A stretch of 62,612 nt of DNA, counting the filler, from Collodictyon triciliatum (taxonomy: Eukaryota), in assembly GCA_043381765.1 (NCBI GenBank). It is 16 parts of 16 records of this genome, joined end to end, with 100 filler letters (N's around TTAATTAATTAA, not from the genome) between each part and the next. Parts side by side here need not be neighbours in the genome. Positions count along the whole stretch, not along the records: positions 48,352 to 52,274 come from JBHJMP010006702.1; positions 52,375 to 56,295 come from JBHJMP010006703.1; positions 56,396 to 60,320 come from JBHJMP010006704.1; positions 60,421 to 62,612 come from JBHJMP010006769.1; 12 more parts are not named here. One strand, given 5' to 3'. The position numbers and the translations under genes are program-made. Every line of letters starts with the position of its first letter. The first letter of the stretch is position 1. Positions 52,167-62,612 of the stretch are shown here, one piece after another. The notes under the pieces are model-generated. The model was not told where the DNA came from. It ran no database searches and saw only the letters and a list, made by a program, of their open reading frames with translations.

Positions 52167-52776
52167 CTGAGGTTATTATCATGATTTTCATTAAAAAAAA
52201 AAAAAAAAAAAAAATTAGAAAAAAAAAAAAAAAAAATTTGGGAAAAAAAACAATAAAAAAAAAAAAAAAAAAAANNNNNNNNNNNNNNNNNNNNNNNNNN
52301 NNNNNNNNNNNNNNNNNNTTAATTAATTAANNNNNNNNNNNNNNNNNNNNNNNNNNNNNNNNNNNNNNNNNNNNAAAAAAAGATAAAAAAGATAAAAAAG
52401 ATAAAAAAGATAAAAAAGATAAAAAAGATAAAAAAGATAAAAAAAGATAAAAAAAGATAAAAAAAAGATGAAAAAAAGATAAAAAAGATAAAAAGGACAA
52501 AAAAAAATTATGTGCAAGGAGAATATTGATGATTGGATGAGCTGTTTATTGAATGTAAGTCTTCAATTTGTCGGGTTGTTTCTCTTGGATAGTTCCTTTC
52601 CTCGCTCTTTTCATTTCTCATTCTCGTGCATGTGTTTGGCCCTCAAAATATCTGGTAGAATTCAATGGCACTTATTCTTAAAGGGAAGTCAATAATGCCA
52701 AATTTTTTTATATATTTTTCAATCAGAATAATGATATAGCTACGCCATGAACAAGAAGTGGATGCGATAAAAGGAC

Positions 52777-55700
52777 CTTGTTGTTTGATAGGTCGAGGCT
52801 CTCCATAGCTGTCAGACGGAGTAAGCACTCAGGAACTGTTGTGAGCTAAAAAAAATTTTTAAATCAGCAGTTTTTGATGACATCAGTTTCCTAAGAGGTG
52901 TCACTCGTGAAAGTTGTTACGACAACATTTCCCTATTCATTCATTTCTGTTTTTTTTAAACTAACATGGTTTCTAGCCAGGCAGAGCTTCTTGAGGTTAG
53001 ACAAAAGTGTTATCGATTCAGGCAGAGTCGATATCTAAAAAATAAATAAATGAAACATATCGCCTTCGACATTACACATGAATAAGAAAAACATGTTGGA
53101 AAACGGACTCTGCACCATGAACGGATAAGTCGAAAGTTATGATACTCCATTTTTTTTAAACACCTTGTTGAGGGATAGGTCAATTGATTGGAAATGTCTC
53201 CAAGTCTCCATCAGTGCGGAGCCAAGAGGTAATCGACGCCCAGCCCAAATAAACTCATACAAATCGAGAGTGTTGATGGAGGCTGAGAAGCTTATCCACA
53301 TAGAGTCGAATTTTGCTGTGTTGCTCATGGTTGGCAGGTGAATAATACCTGTTGGTGCTCTCTTTATATTGATGTTCTTGCAACTTTCAATTTGAAGTCG
53401 GCTTAGTTTTTTCAAACAAAGAACCCCATTTGAAAAACACTCAATCTAAATGTATGCTTATGATTAAAAAATAAAAATAAAAATAAAAATAAAAATAAAA
53501 ATAAAAATAAAAATAAAAATAAAAATAAAAATAAAAATAAAAATAAAAATAAAAATAAAAATAAAAATAAAAATAAAAATAATATTAATATCAATAGTTA
53601 TAGTAATAGAAATAGTAATAATAATAACAATTGAAGATTGCAATAGATTTATCTATCTAGAATTATCTCACAACTTTACCGGATTCTCAAAGACGTGCAG
53701 CATCGTGAGGTTTGTGAGCATGTATAGTTCATCTGGCAGGGTAGTAATCATATTATGGCTCACATCAAGAGACACGATGTTTGTAAGTAAAGATATAATC
53801 TCGGGCAGGTCACTGACTTCATTTTTGCAGACGTTCAGGCTTGAAAGGTTTTTCAATTCAGAGATGGTGTGGGGAATGTGCGAGATTCTGTTGCTCCCAA
53901 TATTTAGCTCAGTGATTTTTTTCAAGTGTCCGATTTGTTCGGGCAAGGAGGTTATTTTGTTGAAATTTGCGTCAAAATGCTCGAGATTTGTCAAGGATGA
54001 TATGTCCAGAGGAAGCTCACTCAGAAAATTCTGTGATATGACGAAACTCTTCAGATCAGCAAATCTTGGATGGTAAGGCGGAAAGTAAGGAATCGCATTT
54101 TTATGAACATTAATAGATTCCAGAGATTGAAAGTCAAATATCCATCTAGGGATTTCAGAAATCTAATATTGGTGTGGTCGGTTTGTGATGAGGAAAACTG
54201 TTAAAATTGACTTTTTGTTTCCATGTTTATTTATACCTACGTTCAACTCATAGGATACATTATTTTTCATTTTTCTAGCGAATCATTATTTTTATTTTCC
54301 GTGATAAATTTGAGAATATCTTGATTAGGAAATGAATTTTCCACATTCACTAAACAAACCTCATTTTTTGAATAGTCCCAGGTTCTACACACATCCGGAA
54401 ACATTGCAAGTTCATCGGGCACATTAGGCAGTGAAAACCCAGATATTTTGATTGTTCGACTTTTTGCACTAAAGTATGTTACAAGTATCCGAATCTTTTG
54501 GGAAAAATTATTGTATGAAAGATTCAGCGCCTCGATGTTTGTCATGTGTCGCATGTCTGGTAATTCTGATATCTATGGCATGTGATTATATCTTAAGAAT
54601 GGCCCCTCTTTTCGAACCACTTTTTTTTTTAAAAAAAAGGTGAAAAGGTATTCTAGAATGGTAATTTTATCATTCTTTCTAATATACGTACATAGCCAAA
54701 AAGAAAAAAGAATTTAAAAATGAGCGTAGTCACCTTATTTCCGGAAAAATCAAGAGATTTCAACCAGGGCATGCGAAGCAGGCAATGTGGAATTTCGACG
54801 AACTGTGCCAAAAATGATTACAGTTTAGACTAGGCAAATTGCATCTTTCTTGTCGCTTGGCGGACGATAAACACTCAAGTTTTTTTTTTACTTTGAATCG
54901 AATAAAGGAAAAAGTTTTATTTAAAAAAGGACAAATTGTCAAAAAGTGGAAAAAGTAATAGATGCCGAAACATCGGGCATGGTGATTACATTATTGTGAT
55001 TAAAACACAATTTTTCCATCATACTCAGAGATGTCATTTCTTCTGGTAAAGTGGATATCTAAATATTAAACAGTTAGGCTTCAAACAGGAGTCAGATTTA
55101 TCACGTACCGATGGTATGCTTTTCCATCACTTCAATTTACCATATTAAATGAGGCGTCTAGCGAGATCAACCGGCTCCATTTTTCTTGGTCGATGATTAT
55201 ATGCTCGATTTTTTGGTTTGCTATAACTTTCTCATAGAGCTCCACAGTTCCAGGGGACTCAACGAAAGATAGTATGGTTCTCACAACGATTTGATTTTCC
55301 TTCCAGCATGGTAATAAACTCAATCCAACTGGAGCTCTCATTACCGACAACATATCTTTCATACCAATGCAAACGTATTTAAGCTTTGTGAGCGCTGTGA
55401 TGCCCTCAGGGAAATGATTGATCTAAGGGAAGTTACATAATGTTAGGGTCAAAAATGCGCATCAGTATTTACAATTCATTGGTTTTCGTTCATTTTTGAA
55501 TGAATCCACAGAGTTATTTGGGGTTAAATACAAGTATTTTTCGGGTGCAGAGACAAACCAAGTTCCCTTCGATACAAAGCCTCTCAATGTTCCGCATTGC
55601 AGATATCTCATTGGGGAGCATTGATAGTTTATTGACAAACATATTAAACTCCACCAGTCTAGTGAGTAAGGAGATCCATTCTGGCAGCATGCTTAGGTGG

Positions 55701-56059
55701 TTTTGGGAAATATTCAACTCTGTCAAAGTGGTCAAAACAGACATCTCATCGGGTAAGTGTGATATCCTGTTGTTGTTCAGGTTGAGCGACTGGAGCCTCG
55801 AGAGCAGGGATATTGACGTCGGCAATAGAGAGATGTAATTAGAAACGAGGGCCAGATGAGTGCAGAATATGAGATTCTGTGTGTCTGGACCCCAATTAGG
55901 TTTGAGGCTGAAAATGTCCCTAAGCTTTTCGCTCGTTTCTTGATCCACTTGGCCTTCATGTTGGTCTGATGCATCGCCAAGCGGATCGTCTTTCCGTATC
56001 TCTTCGCGTGAAGGATTAGGTTCGTGGATTCTCTTTTGCTTTGACTTTTTGTTTCCCAT
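52777..56059 (-). CDS. MG-start cytosolic leucine-rich-repeat protein, at least 9 exons (3' end uncertain)
   Basis: ATG at 56059 (MGNKKSK); many 23-aa LRRs (LTNLEHFDANFNKITSLPEQIGHL); all introns read are phase 0 GT-AG directly after the N-x of an LRR. Confidence 0.88.
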
Positions 56060-56222
56060 ATAGGCTTTGTTTCTGCAGAAAAAAAAAAGTAGCATTCATG
56101 CCTTCTGTTTTTTTGTTGTTTTTTGTTGTTTTTTTGTTGTTTTTGTTGTTTTTGTTTTTGTTTTTTGTTTTTGTTTTTTTTTGTTGTTTGTTTTTGTTTT
56201 TTGTTTTTTTTTGTTTTTTTTT

Positions 56223-56295
<73 letters not shown>

Positions 56296-57304
56296 NNNNN
56301 NNNNNNNNNNNNNNNNNNNNNNNNNNNNNNNNNNNNNNNTTAATTAATTAANNNNNNNNNNNNNNNNNNNNNNNNNNNNNNNNNNNNNNNNNNNNCAAAT
56401 CCAAGGAGCATAGAATTCATTGATTGTTATGTGTTAAACGTGTTGTCCATTGAGGTTCTTGTTATGGTTGACTCTGAAAAGAATACGAGTTTATCGATTT
56501 TCGACAACAAATAGTCCTCTTATCTTGAAATGAAAAACTGATGGGACATAAAGCCAACAGAGTTATAGCGCAAAGAGCATGGTGGAGATGCTGGTCAGAT
56601 TCATACGGTCGAATGACAGGATTCGCATGTCTGAGATTTTGAGATGACGGCAAATACAGGTGGAGCGAAAAAAAAGAAGCGAATGTTGGTTACTTTAAGC
56701 TATTGTGTCGGAATGAATTTTTTTTTTTTCATTTTCTCAGTCGCTCGATTCTACGTGAGATAGGATATGCTTCAGTTGTATATATTTTTTCAGTATTCTC
56801 CATGAGACTTTTTTTTTTCGTGGATGATTATTTACGATACAAAAGACGGCGAGTTCCTGAAAAGAAAGAGGGTGAATCAACAAAAGACAACATTTCCACT
56901 CAATTGAGGACAGGTATATAAATACGAAGGAATCTCTGGTACCATCAGACAGGAAATATGATGGCGATTACGAATATGGGGTGGGAAAACGGATGTGATA
57001 TGCACACGGCCTTTTCATCACACCGCCTGCAAAGAGAGACATTGGTGATATCAGAGAGTATGACAACATGAACAAGTGCCGATGCTTATCGCCTATGCTT
57101 TGGGCCACGCTTACATGTGCGCAAGAGACAGCGGATGGGGATGTCAGCGGCAAGTGAGTTATGTGTGTGTATGTGTGCGTTGGTTATAAACAAATAGTGG
57201 GGGGTCTCATGTTAAGTCCATTGATTTTTCTGCATCTGGAAAATGTTTGCTACACTATATACCTCATCCTTCCTGAGGTTTATCTTTTCTTATTCATCAT
57301 CGAT

Positions 57305-57466
57305 AAGTGGTCGGCTCGTAAGCACAACCACCACTCGCATAAATTATGCTGTCGAGCCACCCTAACGGATGTTCGTGCCAACCAGAATGCGCCACGTGCA
57401 ATGCACATCCCACTTGACAGGCCTCCCGCCTTCGTGATCACGAGACGACCCCAGCCAGGTAAGTAT
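57305..57466 (-). ncRNA. U1: U1 spliceosomal snRNA
   Basis: Starts ATACTTACCTGG; loop I GATCACGAAGG (U1-70K site); loop II CATTGCAC (U1A site); Sm-like ATAATTTATG; terminal hairpin GTGGT...ACCAC; length ~160 nt. Confidence 0.93.
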
Positions 57467-59531
57467 GCACGTGGCTGCCGGAGTGAAAGATGCACCCTCT
57501 ACCCTTTGCTATTTGTATAAGCGCATCTTCATTTCGCATTTCTCGTGTTGTGGGTCTACAAGTGTCTCCATAAACTCACATCTGGAAAATATAGACAAAC
57601 ACTCGTTCATCTGCAAATGTAGTGAGTTCGGGTTATCAGTTTGCTCGAATCTGTGGTCGTGGTGCGTAAGTTCATTGTGTTGCACACACAAGTGTTCAAA
57701 CCTTGTTGCCCACGACATCGGTCATATAACGGTCTTTTGGTATTGCTTTCCGTCATTAATATATTTTATTCAAATGAAAAATAAAATAAAAAAAAAAGAG
57801 ATACAAGTAGCGCAGGGCGCCTTACATTAAAACTGACATGAAGCAAAAAGAGCAACTCCAACAAAAAGATCCGTGCTGTAGCGGCTCAGAGCGACGGAAG
57901 CGCAAACAGCAAGCCTGGCAGACTCCTTGTTTACGGTGTCTGCGCAACCACAGAGCGAGTCAGCAGCCAAGACTCCAGAGCAACGTATTGAATGTCCATG
58001 CTTCCTTAACACAACATCTAGGCATGGTCTACTCAAGTGCATTCGGCGCACACTTATGAGAGGAGCAACTCATCTCTGATGTATATGAGAGTGATATTGT
58101 GCGAGGCATGCGGCCTTTGAAGAAAAAAACCAGAAAGGGTCAGCGTTTAACCTGTTTTCCCTTACAACCTTTCAAAACTACAATTGTCACAATTAGGAAA
58201 AGCTTGAATGGAGTACGCATTGGAATAAAACTGATGCAGATTCTGTGGGGGTTGAAAGGGGAGAGATGAGCATGGAATGAAGCCAGTAAGCAGGTTGTTT
58301 GTGTGTGGATATTGTCGATTGATATCTTGGATAAGTAAAGATAGTATGTGTATGAATGGCAAATGATATGTTGTTACTCTACCTAATGGCTCTGTCAGGC
58401 TCAAGTCATATGAGAAAGTGAGTATTTTCGTGCTCCAAAAAACTACCCAAGAAGATGCATCGCGCGAGTGTCTTCAGTCTGTATGAACAGGTGATTGGGG
58501 CGACCACCAACCCTTAGCCAACTGAGCAGACATATACAGAATAGGTGTTTATGAAGCAATAATATCAAATGTCTGATGAAAAGAGCTCAAACAAGCTTCA
58601 GAGATAGAAGATATTCGCAACCCAACTGGTGAAGTCTATTGAACGGGAATAATGTAAGTGATAGGTGGTGGCCTCCTACGAATCATCTTCATTAATATGC
58701 ACAACACATCGCCCGATGCATTTTTTTCTCGTTTGTCTTAACGCCGAGAGAATAGGAAAGGATTCAGAGAAGCGCTTTGTTGAACAAAATGGTAAAAATA
58801 TGTTTATATACAGTTCGTAGCAGGTAGAATCTGGAGACTAAGAAATATTGAGCTTGTGACATTTTCTATACCACCCACCAAAATTATAAGGTATTCTGGT
58901 ATATGTCAAACCTGCCTGGCAAGATGAAGGATATCATACTAGCGAGTCTTACAAGATGCGAGGACATTAGTGTATAATGAGTAATCCAGGGAAATGTCAG
59001 AGAAATAAGAAGTTGGAGATGAATATGGTTTTATATCAGATGTATCCAAGTCTTGTTCTCAGACCCAAATCACGATTCGTACGACACAGAGTCAACTTCA
59101 AGCAAATCTAATGGCGTCGCTGTGATGTCAGTGAGATTGATGAGTGATTTGAGCGTATAAGGCGAGCTACCCTCTTCCACTCCCATGAAGCGACCAACAG
59201 GATAGAAGAATATTGGTATGTTGTAATAAAGGAACTACGAGATATAAGCAGCTTCGGGATGATGGAGGACAATACCACACAGATTGCTGGAGGCGACAGA
59301 GACCATTGTTGTGGAGATTGGTTGGAGGCAAGAGGATGTGAGATAACTTCAGCAGCTTGTGGAGGCGCTGAGGTTGGATGGAGCGTGATTGATTGAAACA
59401 AAAATACAAAGTGGAAGCTAAAAGAAAAATTAGATAGTCGAATGAGCAAAGAGGCAAGACTTTGTGAGACTGAATGAAAGCGAAAAAAAGATGAGACTTA
59501 GGGGTGGGAGCGAGAAGGCAAAAGTAGCAGT

Positions 59532-59604
59532 TGCTCACAGCAGGGATCGAACCTACGACCTTGGCGTTATTAGCACCACGCTCTACCAACTAAGCTATGC
59601 GAGC
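59532..59604 (-). tRNA. tRNA-Ile (anticodon AAT)
   Basis: GCTCGCA/TGTGAGC acceptor stem, D arm TAGCTTAGTTGGTAGAGC, anticodon arm TGGTG-CT-AAT-AA-CGCCA, T arm GTAGG-TTCGATC-CCTGC; TTTT ~10 nt downstream; TATATAAA ~35 nt upstream. Confidence 0.96.
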
Positions 59605-59940
59605 TCCTTCTTGCCGTCTTCAGGCACAATATATGTTTATATACTCTACATAAGCTTCCCTTAATTTTCTTCCCTTCATTTGCGCCCCTAAAACACATAT
59701 TATCTATATCCTTCAATTTTCTAATCACAACTTTGATTGATGCTCAATATCAAACCATAACAATAGTAGCTTCTAGCGTTTTTCCTATATCATCGCTCCA
59801 TACCAAACTTAACAACCAGTGGCGATGAAGGGTGCTCCGTGTTTCTCTTGGTTTTTAGTATTGCATTTCTGAATTCACCTAATCGAAGATAAGCGAATAT
59901 TTGTTTAATATGAAAAAATAATCTATTTCAACACACAGAA

Positions 59941-60320
59941 CCCATAATTATTTTCTTAGAAGACCAAGAGGATGCACAAAGAGCGATTGAAGCAGTGTCA
60001 CGTTTCAACAAAGCTACCGGAAGTCGAACAAACTTTGCCAAATCCAAAGATGTTGTCTTCTCAAAGGATTGTATAGATGACTTCTTACTCATGATACTTC
60101 GTAAATCATCAAACGAACCCATTAAGTACCTTGGCATCCACTTTTGTACTGACCCTCACAAAATAAAGGTCAACTGGGACAATCTCAGTCTGAGCGTTGT
60201 CAGGACTACCAATGTCTGGAAAAAACATGGCCTGTCAGCAGCTGGAAAAAAAGTTGTCTGGAACACCTTTATTCTTCCCAAGGCTTTGTATTCAGTGACT
60301 GGGGCGGAAGTCCCTGGAGG
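59941..60320 (+). mobile_element. Non-LTR retrotransposon (L1/Tx1-like) reverse transcriptase fragment, 5' truncated
   Basis: IFLEDQEDAQRAIEAVSRFNKATGSRTNFAKSK...PIKYLGIHF...NW...WKKHGLSAAGKKVVWNTFILPKALY matches the post-YADD and thumb region of L1/Tx1 RTs; the YADD motif itself is absent. Confidence 0.85.
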
Positions 60321-60422
60321 NNNNNNNNNNNNNNNNNNNNNNNNNNNNNNNNNNNNNNNNNNNNTTAATTAATTAANNNNNNNNNNNNNNNNNNNNNNNN
60401 NNNNNNNNNNNNNNNNNNNNAA

Positions 60423-60597
60423 AAAGGACTTGCCCGAGTTTAGCACTGTCCTGTCTCACGCTTCCAAGGACAATCGCGAAGTAGACACGCCCTTTGTTTC
60501 TGACGCGAGGCGAGAAGCTAAATATCTGGACAAAGTTGTCGATGCAATAGTTGGCGATTTGATTGTGCGGTCTTGTGCAGACATACTTGGAGAATAA
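60423..60597 (+). CDS. Possible terminal exon of an unknown protein
   Basis: Open, GC-richer frame KDLPEFSTVLSHASKDNREVDTPFVSDARREAKYLDKVVDAIVGDLIVRSCADILGE* followed by AT-rich sequence; no family recognised. Confidence 0.3.
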
Positions 60598-62543
60598 CAG
60601 CATCGGGTGATATTGTCACTTCCATCGCGAAACCTCTCATCATTTTCTTTTCTTGGTAAAATGAACAAAATGCTAAAAAAAAAGTTGTGATTTTTTCCCT
60701 CTATGGCTTTTCCATATTGATTGTTTTTTTTTTCATATACATACATATATAAAAGAAAATTATAACCAAACCTGCAAATGGTTTCTGCGTGTCTAAGGGA
60801 AAGTATTTTCGTTGTGCTGTTACACCCTCTCAAAGACAAGAAGAAAATTGCGCGCCCAAGATTCTTTGTATTTGTTACCAAGTACGATATAGTTATGCGA
60901 AGGGGTTATGGGTTGGCAAAAAAAAAAAAAAAGAGAACGATAATGTCTTTTTTTCTGACTGGCTGGTTCTCTATCCTACTTGATGAATGTGTTGCTCTCT
61001 TAATGACCTTTGAGTTATTTCTCCAAGGGGACAATATGATTGGGCAGACCCGCTGTTTCCCCGTGAAAGTGCCCTGCCATCTCACTTTTTTTTTGAAGAT
61101 AAATTAAACACAGCATACCACAAAAAAATGGTGTGTGATTTATGCAGTCCGGGAATATACATAGGAGCAACGTTGAATGGACCGGAGGTAGTAGACTGTG
61201 GTACCAAAAAAAACAACATTTATTGCTCTATTTATTTAATTAATTATTTTTGGCCCTGTATCTGCGGCTTGCCCTCGCCTTTGTGGGTGATTAACTTCGT
61301 TTTGTGCCCCAACGAAAGCCCGCCCTTTTTCGCACAAACACACCCAACCCAAGAGAAGGGCTCTGTTAATACCAATTCTGGAGAGAAATTTGACCCCGCT
61401 CCTTTGTCCACACACTTCCTCATTTTATTCAACGAAATAACCAATTCAAGGATGATTCACTGGAGCCTCGGTCGTGGAAGACATTGGGTTCCCTACGAAA
61501 ATCTTGTCTGATCCGAAGATGATCCGAGTCGATCCAGGTACCTCATCACAAATATGGAAATAAATTGTGCCTATACATGTGTCCATATAAGGTGAACATC
61601 GTCTGCTTCTTGAATTGAGGAACGCAACAAACAAATGCGATTATTACTATTCCTAAATACGCAACGAAATAGTACAAATGTCACGAATAGAGTGTATAAA
61701 ATTATAGTGATTACAACACAACGGCTGATAATGGAAGTAGGTGGATCTCTGATTCTCCTGCACAACGAAAAGGATTTACTATTGTGGAATTCGTGCCAAG
61801 TGCGGAGAATCTTCCATAAACATTTATTTTCATGTCGACAAAGAACCCATTGGGACGCAATTGAAAGTAGGGTCGGGTTTTTTTTTTCGGTTAAATGAAA
61901 ATGGACTTTCGGGCCTTTTTTTTCTTTTCTTTTCCTTTNNNNNNNNNNNNNNNNNNNNNNNNNNNNNNNNNNNNNNNNNNNNNNNNNNNNNNNNNNNNNN
62001 NNNNNNNNNNNNNNNNNNNNNNNNNNNNNNTTTTAGAGATTTCGCTAGCTTTGAAAAAAAAATCAAAATTTAGATGGGATTTTTTTCTCAATGGCCAAAG
62101 GGTTTGGAGTAATTCTCGAACACAACGACCCTAATTTATATTGGGGGAAACCCAATCCCAATCCTATCCCATAAAATCACAAAGGAGGCGGCCGAGAAAC
62201 AGAAGATCGAATCACGCAGCCAAGCACGGGAGGAGCGTGGGGCACGAGAAACGGAAGAACAAAAACACAGTGCCTGTTTTTGTTATTTTGGTTTGTCTTT
62301 TGTTGTAATTTTTTTTTCTTGAAAATGAAAAAAAAATCCCGCAAAGAGAGAAGAGGGGCACGTTTAGCTCCTCCTTCTCTTTTTCTTTTGGTGAGTACAC
62401 CTACAAGCAAGACCGACTCACAGAGACTGCTTCCACGCAGAGACCGACGGGAAAGAAAAAGAACGCAAAAGAAAGAAAAAGAAAATACATAAAGAGAAGG
62501 AAAAATAATGCAAAGAAGGGGACCGAGGCGATCACACACAAAT

Positions 62544-62546
<3 letters not shown>

Positions 62547-62612
<66 letters not shown>
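62547..62612. repeat. (CA)n microsatellite
   Basis: Read directly. Other simple repeats: (TTTC)n 12105, (CT)n 13574, (TAT)n 22262 and 45930, (ATCTCT)n 28226, (CTTTTT)n 40060, (GAGT)n 48352, (GATAAAAAA)n 52375, (ATAAAA)n 53470. Confidence 0.97.

Noticed and set aside
61128-61870. Coding exons in the last contig (e.g. a CUB-like WISDSPAQRKGF)
   Set aside because: I could not build a consistent spliced frame or recognise a family.

Overview
This is not one locus. It is 16 unlinked ~3.9 kb contigs joined by artificial 100-bp spacers (44 N + TTAATTAATTAA + 44 N), so adjacency across a spacer means nothing. The DNA is from an AT-rich, intron-rich, microsatellite-rich eukaryote, probably a protist, with GT-AG introns and an apparently standard genetic code. 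Recognisable genes, mostly partial: a DUF4392/D-glutamate-cyclase-like last exon, PRP39, an unconventional myosin, a claudin-like four-TM + SAM protein, proteasome beta1, a NACHT/NPHP3-like TPR protein, a coiled-coil-NHL protein, an ammonium transporter with an N-terminal EGF-like domain, a signal-peptide WD40 fragment, an MG-LRR-kinase-SAM protein, a bacterial-type secreted PI-PLC-like enzyme, Lys2-type aminoadipate reductase, an MG-LRR protein, U1 snRNA, tRNA-Ile(AAT) and a non-LTR RT fragment. Four contigs consist largely of an uncharacterised multi-kb repeat family containing a TSD-flanked retro-insertion. The most notable signals are exon-modular, immune-receptor-like repeat genes (one-exon-per-TPR array with near-identical introns but variable groove residues; LRR genes with all introns in one repeat register), the EGF-AMT fusion, and GC islands inside exons with a G-to-C skew inversion. 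All assignments come from manual translation and motif recognition; no database searches were run and percent values are by-eye estimates.
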